From Bugula neritina (Eukaryota; Animalia; Bryozoa): 64,000 nt of DNA. The position numbers and the translations under genes are program-made. Position 1 is the stretch's first letter, and the number at the start of each line of letters is the position of its first letter. Location: contig OZ037769.1 of NCBI GenBank assembly GCA_964035545.1, positions 17,452,633 through 17,516,632 on the forward strand. Direction: 5' to 3'. A model generated the notes under the pieces. That model had not been told where the DNA came from and ran no database searches. It saw only the letters and a list, made by a program, of their open reading frames with translations. Shown here one piece after another: positions 47,940 to 63,126 of this stretch.

Positions 47940-50900
47940 AATATACAGAGTAATATAATACACTGAGTTATATAATATAATATACTGAGTAATATAATAC
48001 ACTGAGTTATATAATATAATATACTGAGTCATATAATATAATATACTGAGTTATATAATATAATATACTGAGTTATATAATATACTGAGTTATATAATAT
48101 AATATAATGAGTTATATAATATAATATACTGAGTTATATAATATAATATACTGAGTTATATAACATAATATACTGAGTTATATAATATAGTATACTGAGT
48201 TATATAATATAATATACTGAGTTATATAATATAATATACTGAGTTATATAATATAATATACTGAGTTATATAATATAATATACTGAGTAATATAATATAA
48301 TATACTGAGTTATATAATATAATATACTGAGTTATATAATATACCGAGTAATATAATATACTGAGTTATATAATATAATATACTGAGTTATATAATATAA
48401 TATACTGAGTAATATAATATACTGAGTAATATAATATACTGAGTTATATAATATACTGAGTTATATAATATAATATACTGAGTAATATAATATAATATAC
48501 TGAGTTATATAATATAATATACTGAGTTATATAATATAATATACTGAGTTATATAATATACTGAGTAATATAATATAATATACTGAGTTATATAATATAC
48601 TGAGTTATATAATATAATATACTGAGTTATATAATATAATATACTGAGTAATATAATATAATGAGTTATATAATATAATATACTGAGTAATATAATATAA
48701 TATACTGAGTTATATAATATACTGAGTTATATAATATAATATACTGAGTAATATAATATAATATACTGAGTTATATAATATACTGAGTTATATAATATAA
48801 TATACTGAGTTATATAATATAATATACTGAGTAATATAATATAATGAGTTATATAATATAATATACTGAGTAATATAATATAATATACTGAGATATATAA
48901 TATACTGAGTTATATAATATAATATACTGAGTAATATAATATACTGAGTTATATAATATAATATACTGAGTTATATAATATAATATACTGAGTTATATAA
49001 TATAATATACTGAGTTATATAATATAATATACTGAGTTATATAATATACTGAGTAATATAATATAATATACTGAGTTATATAATATACTGAGTTATATAA
49101 TATAATATACTGAGTTATATAATATAATATACTGAGTAATATAATATAATGAGTTATATAATATAATATACTGAGTAATATAATATAATATACTGAGTTA
49201 TATAATATACTGAGTTATATAATATAATATACTGAGTAATATAATATAATATACTGAGTTATATAATATACTGAGTTATATAATATAATATACTGAGTTA
49301 TATAATATAATATACTGAGTAATATAATATAATGAGTTATATAATATAATATACTGAGTAATATAATATAATATACTGAGATATATAATATACTGAGTTA
49401 TATAATATAATATACTGAGTTATATAATATAATATACTGAGTTATATAATATACTGGGTTATATAATATAATATACTGAGTTATATAACATAATATACTG
49501 AGTAATATAATATAATGAGTTATATAATATAATATACTGAGTAATATAATATAATATACTGAGATATATAATATACTGAGTTATATAATATAATATACTG
49601 AGTTATATAATATAATATACTGGGTTATATAATATAATATACTGAGTTATATAACATAATATACTGAGTAATATAATATAATGAGTTATATAATATAATA
49701 TACTGAGTAATATAATATAATATACTGAGTTATATAATATACTGAGTTATATAATATACTGAGTTATATAATATAATATACTGAGTTATATAATATAATA
49801 TAATATACTGAATAGTATAATATACTGAGTTATATAATATAATATACTGAGTAATATAATATACTGAGTTATATAATATAATATACTGAGTTATATAATA
49901 TACTGAGTTATATAATATAATATACTGAGTTATATAATATAATATACTGAGTTATATAATATAATATACTGAGTTATATACAGGGATGTAGTGGTACCCA
50001 TACGGTCCCATACGCCGTATGGCCTAGAAGAAAATAGACTGTTCTAGGCCATACGCCCGTATGGGCATAATTATTTTTGATAGATGATTAGTGCACAGGA
50101 TAGTTTGGGCATCCTCACTGAGAATATCATAAATTTCGCTTACAATCTAATTCAAGTTCTTGTCATGTTAATGCTATGTGGGTGGCATGCGTGTTGCCTA
50201 CTTGTGATTGTTTAGCCTGAGATTACACTATGAATAATAAGCAGCTATCAACATGCCATCTTCTCATTTCTACGTGTTCATTGAAGCGCGAAGTGCTGTG
50301 CATAGGTGATTACTAAGAAAACAACATTTCATTTTTAGTGTATAAATCACTAACTTGTAGAAAATCTATGAAGGCTATTGAAAAGATCAAAAAATTTGCC
50401 ATGCATAGATTTCTCAGGTTTCCGACAGTGTTTGTTCTACTCGAATACCATGCTTTCCTGCTGAGATATTTGGCAGGGATTGAAAAATAAATTTTTCAGG
50501 TAAAATTGGCCAAAAATGGGTAGATTTTTGTCTAACTTTGCAAAAAATATTGAAAATTCAAAAAAGCAGGTGCTCTGAGGAACAGGAAGATCTAAAACAT
50601 GATTTTTAAATTTTAATTCTAGCACAATTAAGTGAGGTTTTATTTTGCGGGACTGAATTCTTATAATTTACCAATAATGTGACCTCAGCAAGGCTGTGAC
50701 AGCTAGAAGGTTGCCCTTATCTATCTTGTGTAGACTTGCATTTTGTCAATAAGCAATGGAATTTGGAAAAAACCAATTACATGAAATCCAGAAATAAAAT
50801 CAAAATGTCTTCAAGAAACAGTACCAGGTGTGTATAGGAGAGGCTAATGAAAATTTATCACTGAGGTCTACAGGTACTATATCCACATTTTGGTCCAAAA

Positions 50901-52613
50901 CCTAGTGTTATTGCATGTTAATTATTAATGCAAGAAGGTTTTTCAAACTGTACACCACCATAAGTAACCTTTTATTTTTGATTGTACTAACGTCTGGCTT
51001 TACATTTAATCATCTTCTAGGTTAACACATATTAAACCTGTCAAATTTGTTCTTTTGGGGTATATTTCCTTGATGTATCTAGTGAAAACTCAGGGGTTTT
51101 ATTTTAAAACTAAGTTAACATACTCTTCTTGGGTGTGCTTTATTGTGTGTAAAGAGGTGTGGCAGTATCACCTTATGAATGAGACTAGTACTCTAATAAA
51201 CTCCAAATAGGTTTTCAACCAATTTCTGCTTGCCAATGAGTTATCAATTCAAATTGCTCTTTATAAATAACAAACACACATTTTCTGATTTGCAATCTTC
51301 CTCTGTTCTGATCTCTATTATTCTTTTTCTGTGCACGGCAGTGTATTAGTTATTCAAAGTAATCAGGTTGCATTTGGAGAGCACTCGTTACCTGCCTCTA
51401 TCCTTCCATCTTTTTGAGATATTCAGCAATTTTTCTGTACAGGTTGGACTTAGTGTCAGAACAAACCTAACTGCAGTTGAGTAAGACTACATTACATTAC
51501 ATTACAGTCAACAGGTATGGGACAAGACTGAATATTTATATAGTTTGCAGCAATGCCCAGTCGTCATGTAGCTGGTATGGTATGAAAATAATAGCGAGGT
51601 ACAAATTTCAACACAGATTTTTTTCAGAAGAATTATAATTCACAATGGCTTTAAACTGCATAAATTTGCATCAGAAGCGCTCTGAGGGCTTCGGCAGCCG
51701 GGGCGCTGCCCCGGACCCCGCCGGGGGCCTGGGCGGCCCCCTGGACCCCCGGCCTGAGAGTATGGCCTAGAATATTTTTGCCACTACATCCCTGGTTATA
51801 TAATATACTGAGTAATATAATATACTGAGTTATATAATATAATATACTGAGTTATATAATATAATATACTGAGTTATATAATATACTGAGTAATATAATA
51901 TACTGAGTTATATAATATAATATACTGAGTAATATAATATACTGAGTTATATAATATAATATACTGAGTAGTATATTATAATATACTGAGTAATATAATA
52001 TAATATACTGAGTTATATAATACAATATACTGAGTTATATAATATAATATACTGGGTTATATAATATACTGAGTTATATAATATAATATACTGAGTTATA
52101 TAATATAATATACTGAGTTATATAATATAATATACTGAGTAATATAATATAATACACTGAGTTATATAATATAATATACTGAGTTATATAATATAATATA
52201 CTGATTAATATAATATACTGAGTTATATAATATAATATACTGAGTAATATAATATACTGAGTTATATAATATAATATACTGAGTTATATAATATAATATG
52301 CTGAGTTATATAATATACTGAGTTATATAATATAATATACTGAGTTATATAATATAATGTACTGAGTAATATAATATACTGAGTTATATAATATAATATA
52401 CTGAGTTATATAATATAATATACTGAGTCATATAATATACATATGGTACTGAGTCATATAATATACATATGATACACATAGTTATATAATATACATATAA
52501 TACACATAGTTATATAATATACATATATTACACATAGTTATATAATATACATATAATACACATAGTTATATAATATACATATAATACACATAGTTATATA
52601 ATATACATATAAT

Positions 52614-52710
<97 letters not shown>
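47940..52710. repeat. AT-rich satellite (actgagttatataatataatat, ~17-22-bp units) interrupted by a DNA transposon, ending in (CA)n(TA)n
   Basis: Tandem units at 47940-49980 and 51795-52620. Confidence 0.93.
49981..51794. mobile_element. Non-autonomous hAT-like DNA transposon (1,814 bp)
   Basis: Perfect 14-bp TIRs cagggatgtagtgg / ccactacatccctg; 8-bp flanking duplication gttatata; subterminal ccatacg/cgtatgg repeats; no transposase ORF. Confidence 0.85.
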
Positions 52711-52711
<1 letters not shown>

Positions 52712-55700
52712 CATAGTCTTCTAAGCTACGATGTAGCACTTGATTTATAAAGATAAGAGCAGAGGCTATATCTTGACTTGATGTGTCAAGTGGGACTTGG
52801 GATTGAATAGTATAACCCAAGACACGACTTAAGGTAAAGTAAACAGCTGTAGTGTAGAGGACGTTATGGGTTGATGTTGATTTCTGCAGTGAAATTATGG
52901 GAGTTGAAAGTTAGAAAAAGATGTACACAGACCACACGAGTGTCGATAGTAAACAGTATAAATATAAGCTGTTATAAAGTTGATAATGTTGTCACACTGT
53001 ACTGTAGCAGTGAAGACTTCCTGTATTGTCAGAAGGATTGGTTTAGGCTGAGTAAATATTTGAAGTGCAGCTGAATTTAATAATCACAGGGATACATTGA
53101 AAGTTAAAGTCAAACAGCTTCTTTGCATTTTAGTTTCAATCTATTGAATTATTAGACGCATTACTTATAGTGATTACAACTTGTAGATGGCTGCATGCAT
53201 CTTTCAGCTATTATCTGGAGAAAATATGGAAATAAAATATATTTATTTGATAATACTATTAATCAAAGCCTGCAGTTGACTAGTTATTAGAAGTACTTCA
53301 GCAGTTTAGATTAAAGAGTAGAAACTGCCCCAATAAATCTACTACCAGCTGATTCACAGTGGCCTTGACATTTCATAATGATGACTTGGACAGAATAGTC
53401 TAGGAACCTGCTGTGGCTATTTCCCAGGCTATAGGCACATGTTGCTTCATCACTATCTTCAAGTGGGTTGAGTATGTCACAGATTCTGTCAAGATTTCAG
53501 ACTAGAGTCTGTCTTACATTGCTATAACTTTAGAGTGACTATGTAAACAATATTATGCCACATTATCAAGGTAAGATAACTTCCTTTAATAACTACTACC
53601 ATAATAATTACTAGTAGTGCATATAACTGCATGGGTGATATAAGGTTTAGATATTATGAATATATTTAAAAATACTGCATTCAGACTGGTATAATTTATT
53701 TGTTCAAATTAAAACTGACTCTAAATAGACGTTGCCATAGCAACAGTTTAAACAAGGAAGCAGATTTCTATGTTTAGAGTTGGAACATTTTCTGCTTTCT
53801 CTACTCAATAGTTAAATGAAGAGTTTAGAAATAATAAATATAGGAAGATACATTTAGTATATAATCCAGGAGTTATCATAGAGTTTCACAACTTAGTCAC
53901 GCTGAAACTTACAAGGTAAATACGTAGTGCTCTGTCTGTTCTAGTTATGGCGGATATATATTATAATAGGCTATAGTGACAGTATAGTCTCTTCTAGTAT
54001 ATTACAAGGAAGAAAGCACTATGCTGGTAATGTATATAGTCGTAGAGGAAAGATATGAGTTACGTAGATAATCAACTACTATATATCACAGAGAGAAATA
54101 TTAGTGTTAGAGTGAACATTAGCTGACAACTAAAACAGCTCGTTTTTTGGCTCCTAAATTGACCAGCAGTGAATAGAAATTAGTGTCAGGTACTGTTCAC
54201 AGTGAATAGTATGTTAGATCAATGTTGATATAAAGAGTTGTGAAGTTGATTCTTTGTATTTATCACAATGAGCCAAGTTATGTTCAATGGTGAGCTTATA
54301 TATTTTCAATAGTGATCTTATTTATGCTCAATAGTGATATTATATATGTTCAATAGTCATCTTATATATGTTCAATGGTGAGCTTATATATATTCAATGG
54401 CGATCTTATTTATGCTCAATAGTGATATTATATATGTTTAATGATGATCTTATTTCTGTTCAATGATGATCTTAGATATGCTCAATGCTGAACTAAGTTA
54501 TATTCAAAGCTGAACTTTTAAATGTTCCATGCTGCTCTAATTTTTGTTGGAAATAAGCTTCTGCAAAAATTATTACTGATCACTCTGAACTAACTTGTCA
54601 TAACTTCTAACCAGTATGAGAGTATAGTAATGTGGATTTTATTGTATATGATAGTTGAATATAAGAAATGCAACAAAAAATAACTTCTAAAGATTAAAAT
54701 AAGAAAAAAAAACATGAAAATAAACATTTGCAGAATTTTTCTACGACTGTAAATTCAGTTCACTTTTCTCAATATTAGCAGAACCTGCTAAGACCATAGT
54801 GTGTGTCATTACATTCTTGCTCTGTAGTGTAGCGATAACCAAGCAGTTGTAGTGTGTAATGGTTAGCACACCTGTGTGCAAGTCCGAGGTCTGTGATAGT
54901 AACCCAAGTACGGGAGGGGGAGAGGGGGAAGTTTTATCACTAATTCCAGCGGTTAGTAAAGTGTGGTAGTACTCCGAGAGGAGTTGAGTGGTCAGGGAAA
55001 CTTGAAGGAGTAGTATAAAAAAGGCAGCTGAGTTCTTGAAAAGTGGGTGAGGTGTAGTGTCGAGAGCACCCAGTGACGCTTGTAATGTAGTGGTGAGTGC
55101 GCCTGCTTGCAGGCTGAAGGTCTCAGCATGATTCAAAGTTTTGTAGCGGTCAAATTCTTTTTTGTGCTCCTATTCAGCATCTTTGAGTGCATTTTTTAAA
55201 AAAATGTTATGGGATCTACAACAAAAGATAAAAGTTGTGTAATATTTAAACTGTATTAGTATGAACAGTAAACATTTGGTTAAGATATACAATCACAAGC
55301 AGCGTAAAGAAATTAAGTTCAACTTTGAAGAAGCTGAAGTCTAAGGCCGAAACTAATAGTATAAATGATGTTAGCTATGAATCTTTCAGCATATTTTCAG
55401 CACCATCGTACCAATTGTTTGACTCTGAATAACCATACAGGCTTTGGCAAACTTATGATCATTATGTTGCGTAGTGTTTGGGTTAGTTTGAGCTTATCAA
55501 AATTTAGTAACAATTTTGGCCACCATTTTATTTTACTTCTTTCTTAATTACAAATGCAAGAGCTGTTGGGCATAATTAGTTAATAGAAGTTTCTCTGTAT
55601 TAAAATTATCTCAAAATGTCAGTGAACCACAATTTAAGCTAGATTCAGCATCTTATATGGACCCCTCATATCAAGATAACAGATATTGATAAGTTTCAGT

Positions 55701-57011
55701 ATGTCTATAAATTGAAAAACAAATAGAGTACTGCCAAGAAAAATATTGCTACTTAAACATGTTTTTATATTTAATTGTGCCGTGCAAAGATAAATAAAAG
55801 AATAAACTTGTAGCACGGAAGTTAATAAAAGATTTTGCCAACTTTGCCAACTCACCACTAATATTGGCATTTTGGTACTTATAGCTATAAAACAAGAAGC
55901 TAGCTTGGCAGCTGCTTAAGGCTAATAACTACTTGTAGGCTGCTAAACTGCATTATTAACAATACTTCTACAATGGGGGGGGGGGAGAATTCAAATTAAT
56001 GAATTTAGCACAAATTGCTAGAAGGTGAAGTGGAAATAAAACGCTAAATTTTTTGAAAATAGAATGTTACAGGAAAACTCGTATCAAATTGATATAGGAA
56101 TAGAGTAGTTTGGGAAATATTAGTCAATGTGGTCTCTTAAAAGTTATAGTTGCACAAATTCAATTTTCTGTCTACAGCAATAGTCATACTGTCATTGTGA
56201 TATAAAATGACAACGTTAAGCAAATGATTGAGCTTACCTTTTGCTGCAATGACAACTTCAGTTCCTAACTCTGAAAGAAAGTGATCATCTTCTATCTCTG
56301 AGAGGTAGCTGCAATCTTTACCCATGTGATGAAATGATTCAATGTTTTCCATGTTGTGAGGTTGTTTGGAAGCACAAATTCACTGAATCTCAAAGCACAA
56401 CCTCTTAGTCTGAGCCTCTGGTGTTCACTATGCCGGCAGAATATTTCTTCTGTCAATAGCCGTGAATGAAAACTATGTGCTGTTATGTAATAACCTTTGT
56501 TTTGCTCTTTCGATGCTTGGTAAGCCAGTTTCTTGCCTTTGAATTACAATTTAAGTATTTCCTTACTATAGCTCTGTTATGCAACATCTTCTTTTGTTCC
56601 ACCAGGTAGTTTACACAAATTACTTAGGCTTTTGAAGTGGTTCACCTGATCCACAATTGACTATTCAGTATAGCTTGTTTCATTGTTAATTTTAAGCTTC
56701 TTGTTTGAAACACATTTGCTGATAACTGAGTACATTGGAGTTTAATGGTGCATCTCCCTGATCTCTCTTTTACACACATTTTAAATTAGTTGGCTTTCCT
56801 TTCCATGAATGAAATTGACTAGTGAAGCCTAAACTACCCATGCAAGAGATATGTGCGATTTAAATTTTTTGTTGATAAATTCAACTTAAGTCTTTGATAA
56901 ACGGAGTGGGGCGATGTTTAATAGTAGTCTGGTAACAAGCTATTTGAAAATGTCTTGGGTTCAAAAAAATTTCGAAATCATAAACAGCTAGTAGGTTGAA
57001 GGAGTTTCATT

Positions 57012-57380
57012 CCACTTATATGCTCCCCAGTTAGGTTGTATTTTTTGTTTTGGTACTAAGTATTATATACCTATATACCCTTATATAACTTTCATATCGA
57101 TTGCTAAATATAAATTAACCATTAATATGATATATTTGCAATAATATTAAAATTTTCCCAAATTCGTGTTGAAAAAAGCATTAAATGCATTAATAACATT
57201 TTTTCAAAAAACAAAAAATATAGAAAATGCAAAATTAATAGGTTTATGCAGAGCAAAGAAATTTATTTGTGTGCCAATTATAAAAAGCAATTGACTCAAA
57301 TTTATTTAAATACACATATATTTCAATAGTGTTCAAATAAATTGCATGTAAAATGTATAAATAGCATCTAACTTGGAAGC
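57012..57380. mobile_element. Diverged relative of the MITE at 11393-11818
   Basis: Shares acttatatgctccccagttag..ttttggtac and tttatttaaatacacatatatttcaata. Confidence 0.5.
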
Positions 57381-57814
57381 AATGACCCAAATGTAGGGTT
57401 CAACTTTATCCTAGCTTCCTATAAAGGTTTGTGATCATCATTAGTGCACATGTGAACGAATAATGTTGTTAGGTGAACAACTGCCAATTGTTCCATAATT
57501 CTTATGTAAATAAAATTTTGCTTGAACATATGTAGTTGTAGCATTGATCTCACTTTCTGCTCCTATCAACTACTGTTTAGCATCATTCAGACCTAGGGAT
57601 GATTATTACGTAATACTTGTGAAAAGTAGCATTGACTTAACAACTAAGTGGTTTCAGAGCTACTACAAAATATTTTTCAGCTTACACTAATCGGATTAAT
57701 TTTCAATTTCATCAAAATAAGTGCAGGTCTAACAACTATTAGAGGTGTGGTGCAGGCTATACCAACAATAAAAGGCTCTTTGAACAACTTTAGTGCAAGC
57801 GCTGCACTAATATT

Positions 57815-57870
<56 letters not shown>

Positions 57871-58780
57871 CAGGGAAATGAGATTAATAGCTTGTTATTA
57901 TGATGTGAAACTTGTGGGTGTATAAATCCTAATTGTCAAATAAAATCCAACTGCTGAAATATAATCTCATTTATTTATCTTAAATGTCTGAAATTTTTCA
58001 GATTTTTTAGTTTATAGAGAGATCATAAGTATTCCTAACTACACACTGTATTACTACGCCTCACTCTCAGCTACACTGTATTACTACGCCTCACTCTCAG
58101 CTACACTGTATTACTACGCCTCACTCTCAGCTACACTGTATTACTACGCCTAACAGTAACGATCTAGTGTTGTAAATATACGTTGTGTTGGAAGGTTTGC
58201 TGCTGCATACATTTGTTATATTATTTGTAACATATTCACATTGCTAGAAAGACAACTAAAATATGGTGAGTAGAGTGAAGGGAATAATTTGGAGAAACTA
58301 AAAGGATGTTTATGATTTTATTGCTGCAAACAAATACCATGATGGTGCATGTCTGTGGTACAATATTATTACTACTTTAGCTGCATAAGTCAAAAATAAA
58401 TAAATCATTTCATTAAAAACATAGTTAAAAGCGATAAAGTAATAAAATATATATTCCCATAACCTAGTCTCATGTAACCATGTATTTCTATATATATAAT
58501 AATAAACTATATATCATGTGAAAAATTGTACATAAAATAAGAATTTAAAATGTAGGCTACTCATTATATTACTGTAAAAAGCAGAACGCAGGTCAAATAG
58601 TCTGAGAGAGAGTCTAGTAGCACTATTCTATAGTAGCACTATTTTAGTAGCACTATTCTAGGAGATGACAGTTTTGTTGGGTTTTCTATTTATCTATCAG
58701 CTAGAACAAGAAATTAAACTACAGTCACTACAAACATTGTCTGTTATCACAGCAACACACAAACCCTACCATTGTCATTC

Positions 58781-59560
58781 ATACTGTATACTATATATTA
58801 TATATACTTCATACGGTATACTATATATTATATATACTTCATACTGTATACTATATATTATATATACTTCATACAGTATACTATATATTATATATACTTC
58901 ATACTGTATACTATATATTATATATACTTCATACAGTATACTATATATTATATATACTTCATACTGTATACTATATATTATATATACTTCATACAGTATA
59001 CTATATATTATATATACTTCATACAGTATACTATATATTATATATACTTCATACTGTATACTATATATTATATATACTTCATACTGTATACTATATATTA
59101 TATATACTTCATACTGTATACTATATATTATATATACTTCATACTGTATACTATATATTATATATACTTCATACTGTATACTATATATTATATATACTTC
59201 ATACTGTATACTATATATTATATATACTTCATACTGTATACTATATATTATATATACTTCATACAGTATACTATATATTATATATACTTCATACAGTATA
59301 CTATATATTATATATACTTCATACTGTATACTATATATTATATATACTTCATACTGTATACTATATATTATATATACTTCATACTGTATACTATATATTA
59401 TATATACTTCATACTGTATACTATATATTATATATACTTCATACTGTATACTATATATTATATATACTTCATACTGTATACTATATATTATATATACTTC
59501 ATACAGTATACTATATATTATATATACTTCATACTGTATACTATATATTATATATACTTC
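58781..59560. repeat. 30-bp minisatellite (atactgtatactatatattatatatacttc), 26 copies, just downstream of the stop of GTPase paralog 2
   Basis: Tandem repeats; a single unit is present at the paralogous position 22631-22660. Confidence 0.95.
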
Positions 59561-59598
59561 ATATAAACTTCTGAATCTAATGCTATACGTATCTGACA

Positions 59599-62093
59599 TT
59601 ACTTTCCAAACAGAAATGTAAGAAGCCCTGTGACAGCAGATACACCTGCAACAGCAGCACCAGCAGCCAAAACATAAGGTACTGCCACAAACGCACCAAC
59701 AGCTGCAGCGAAAGCTCCAACAGCCAAACCTATAGCAACGCCTGTTCGTAAATTAGCACGATTTTTCATTTCAGTTTCAAGTTTCTTTAGCTTTTTCTCG
59801 TAAGCAGCTTTCTCCTTCTTCAACTCTGCAATATATTTCTCTTTATCCTTTGCAACAGATTCAATTTTCTTACGCATGCCTTCCTGGTGCTTTCTCAGCA
59901 TCTCCTTTTCAGTGGCGTGCTTTTCTTCTTTCTTTCTTAGACTTTCTTTTGCAATAACTAATTTTCTCTCTGCTCTTTCTTTAACTCTCCAATTTTTAGC
60001 CTCCGATAGCTTGGTTTCCAGGTCATCAACAACCTTCCGAATATTTGTGACAGTTTCCTGAAAGAAGCTTTCACACTTCTCAATCAAAGCTGTCACATCT
60101 TGCAGTTGCTGGACAAGCAAACTTTCAAGTTTGCCTTCTTTTGCTGCCTTCAACTCAGCTTCCATACTTCTAAGTTTCTCTCTTGTAAAATAGCTCATTG
60201 CAATCAACCGAGCATCAATAATGTTTTCTTCCAGTTCAGATTGGTATTTCCTAAAATACAGATATATAGGTAGTTAATTGTCTCGACATTTAAAAGTAAG
60301 AAAGAATTAGAAATTTAAATGACGTAATAAAAATGAGATGAGAAAATTTACTAAACCTAAAACTTGGTGATTCTAAGACTCTGTGATATTTAGCCTCACG
60401 TTGAAATCTCTTTCTGAAGGTCTCAGCTGTCTCCTCTAAGGCAGACTTCAGTTCCTCACCTTCTGAATACTTTTTCAGTTCACCAGATTCCACATGCTAA
60501 ATAGAAACAGGAGTCTTATATAATCAACAGTTTTGAGTTAAACAAGAACAATTCATATTTTCTGTCATCCAGCAGTGTTGAGTAAGTAACAAGTTGTTGT
60601 GTTAAACCTGATCCCATTAAGTAAACTGAGAGTAGTTTTATTCAGTATAAGTAACTTTTTTGTCTCCATGTGACCATGACTAAGCTTCAGAGTCAGATAG
60701 TATTATACGCTAGTATCACTCTATAAGCACTCTAAACATGTGATGTAACAAATCTCTCGATTTAAGTAAACTGGCATACTATAAGCTAAACAATCAGGTA
60801 AACAAGACTTACTTTGAACATCTCTACTTGACACATATTTGAAACCTCGGTATAGATTTTACGACATGTAATATCTTCTAAATATTCCTTAGGAGTCACC
60901 AGGGGAGGTAAATCTTCGTCTTCATACCTTTTTCTGATTGCCTGATAATATTATAACGCATTTATACCTGCATGTACTACATAGATAATATACATATAGC
61001 AAATATATAATATACATATACTAAATATATAATATACATATACTAAATATATAATATACATATACTAAATATATAATATACATATACTAAATATATAATA
61101 TACATATACTAAATATATAATATACATATACTAAATATATAATACACATATACTAAATATATAATATACATATACTAAATATATAATATACATATACTAA
61201 ATATATAATATACATATACTAAATATATAATATACATATACTAAATATATAACATACATATATTAAATATATAATATACATATACTAAACATATAATACA
61301 CATATACTAAATATATAATATACATATACTAAATATATAATACACATATACTAAATATATAATATACATATACTAAATATATAATATACATATCCTAAAT
61401 ATATAATACACATATACTAAATATATAATATACATATACTAAATATATAATATACATATACTAAATATATAATATACATATACTAAACATATAATACACA
61501 TATACTAAATATATAATATACATATACTAAACATATAATATACATATACTAAATATATAATATACATATACTAAACATATAATATACATATACTAAATAT
61601 ATAATATACATATACTAAACATATATTATACATATACTAAATATATAATATACATATACTAAATATATAATATACATATACTAAACATATATTATACATA
61701 TACTAAATATATAATATGCATATACTAAATATATAATATACATATACTAAATATATAATATACATATACTAAATATATAATATATATATACTAAATATAT
61801 AATATATATATACTAAATATATAATATACATATACTAAACATATAATATACATATGCTAAACATATAATATACATATACTAAATATATAATATACATATA
61901 CTAAACATATAATATACATACACTAAATATATAATATACATATACTAAATATATAATATACATAGCGTCACCTCCAAGATTTGAACAGGTTTGATAGCTT
62001 TGTTCCAGCAGCGTTGTTGTTCTCTCCTGCTGTCCATGTGAGAAACTCTTCTAAACAGCTTTTTTGCTGCTTTCAAAAAAGCTTCATCAACAT
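59599..62093 (-). CDS. Atlastin/GBP-like GTPase paralog 2, last four exons (62093-61972, 60941-60813, 60496-60357, 60250-59599); upstream exons not seen in window
   Basis: Same exon sizes (122, 129, 140, 652 nt) and phases as paralog 1; frames open. Confidence 0.88.
60985..61962. repeat. 22-bp AT-rich intronic minisatellite, homologous to 24085-26340
   Basis: Same unit, shorter array. Confidence 0.95.
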
Positions 62094-62524
62094 CTATGGT
62101 AACATAAAAAGTGTGATAGTTGAATTTAAATGAACGTTTATCAAACTGAAAATACTGGGCTGCAATGAAAGAATACTACAAAATATCAGCTACTTTTATT
62201 ATGTTATATCCCAAGATAATTAGTAATCTATAACTAATACTCAGCTTGAATATAGCCAATGCTGAACATTTTTTTTTATTTATTTTTAATTTTAATAATA
62301 GGAATATATAACGAGACGTAAACTTTATGCCAGTTGTAGAATTAGATTACATTTTGAGTAGTGTCTTCTAGCAGTAATGTAATTTGAGGTCAACGTCTAA
62401 TAGCCTGTTACCATGGTGCCATTTTTTTCATAGTAGAGCCACTGGCAACTAAACCAATGCACACGTTCCGCCATGTAGGATGTATTTTATGAACACAAAG
62501 GCTACGGTCCCTATACAAATCTAA

Positions 62525-63126
62525 CCCCCTGTTCACACATTGCCGCACCGTACGCCGTAACAGCAAATATTCACCATCTTTGTTAACATCCGGGCTGAAT
62601 CGTACTACGGTATACGCTGCGGCGTTGATCAAGCAGTGCTTGATTCAAAAAATCACGGCGGGCTCCTATTAGGTAGAGTTGGTCTGGTACTAAAGTTTAA
62701 AGAACATTTTCGCTATTTTATTTTAATAACATATTTTTTATTTAATTTAACTACTTCAAAAGTTTTAAAACATTAAAAAACGTTTATCCGGCTTGTTTGA
62801 ATTAAACTCAGCTTAAAAATCTAGCTTTCCCTAATCACAAAAGCACGCAAACCAAAAACTTAAAAATGATTTGGATGGCTTAAATATTCATTATTTGAAT
62901 TAGTTTGCACAATTATTTTAAAAAAGAATATATTTAAAAGAGAGATTCTTTTCATGTAATTGCTTTTATTTAGTAAATAGCATTTATATAACATTTTTTG
63001 AAAATAATGTTGCTAATAACTTGTGAATGATATCCAAGTCACCGCAGACAAAAATTAGCCTCATTATGATTGGTCACAGCTCACCGTTATGTGTTGTATA
63101 CTTTGCGGCAATGTGTGAACAGGGGG
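62525..63126. mobile_element. PIF/Harbinger (Tourist-like) MITE, 602 bp
   Basis: Perfect 23-bp TIRs ccccctgttcacacattgccgca / tgcggcaatgtgtgaacaggggg with TAA on both flanks. Confidence 0.85.

Larger units (their letters stand above)
52720..62095. repeat. Segmental/tandem duplication, copy B
   Basis: Matches 20218-26495, with ~3.8 kb of extra sequence at ~54035-57870. Confidence 0.9.

Noticed and set aside
54741-56830. ORFs 54741-55136 and 56137-56352 in the extra sequence of duplication copy B
   Set aside because: No recognisable domain and neighbouring frames are interrupted; possibly decayed TE or gene sequence, but not assignable without a search.
58665-59621. Tyr/Ile-rich ORFs of 264-318 aa
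   Set aside because: Translation of the 30-bp minisatellite.
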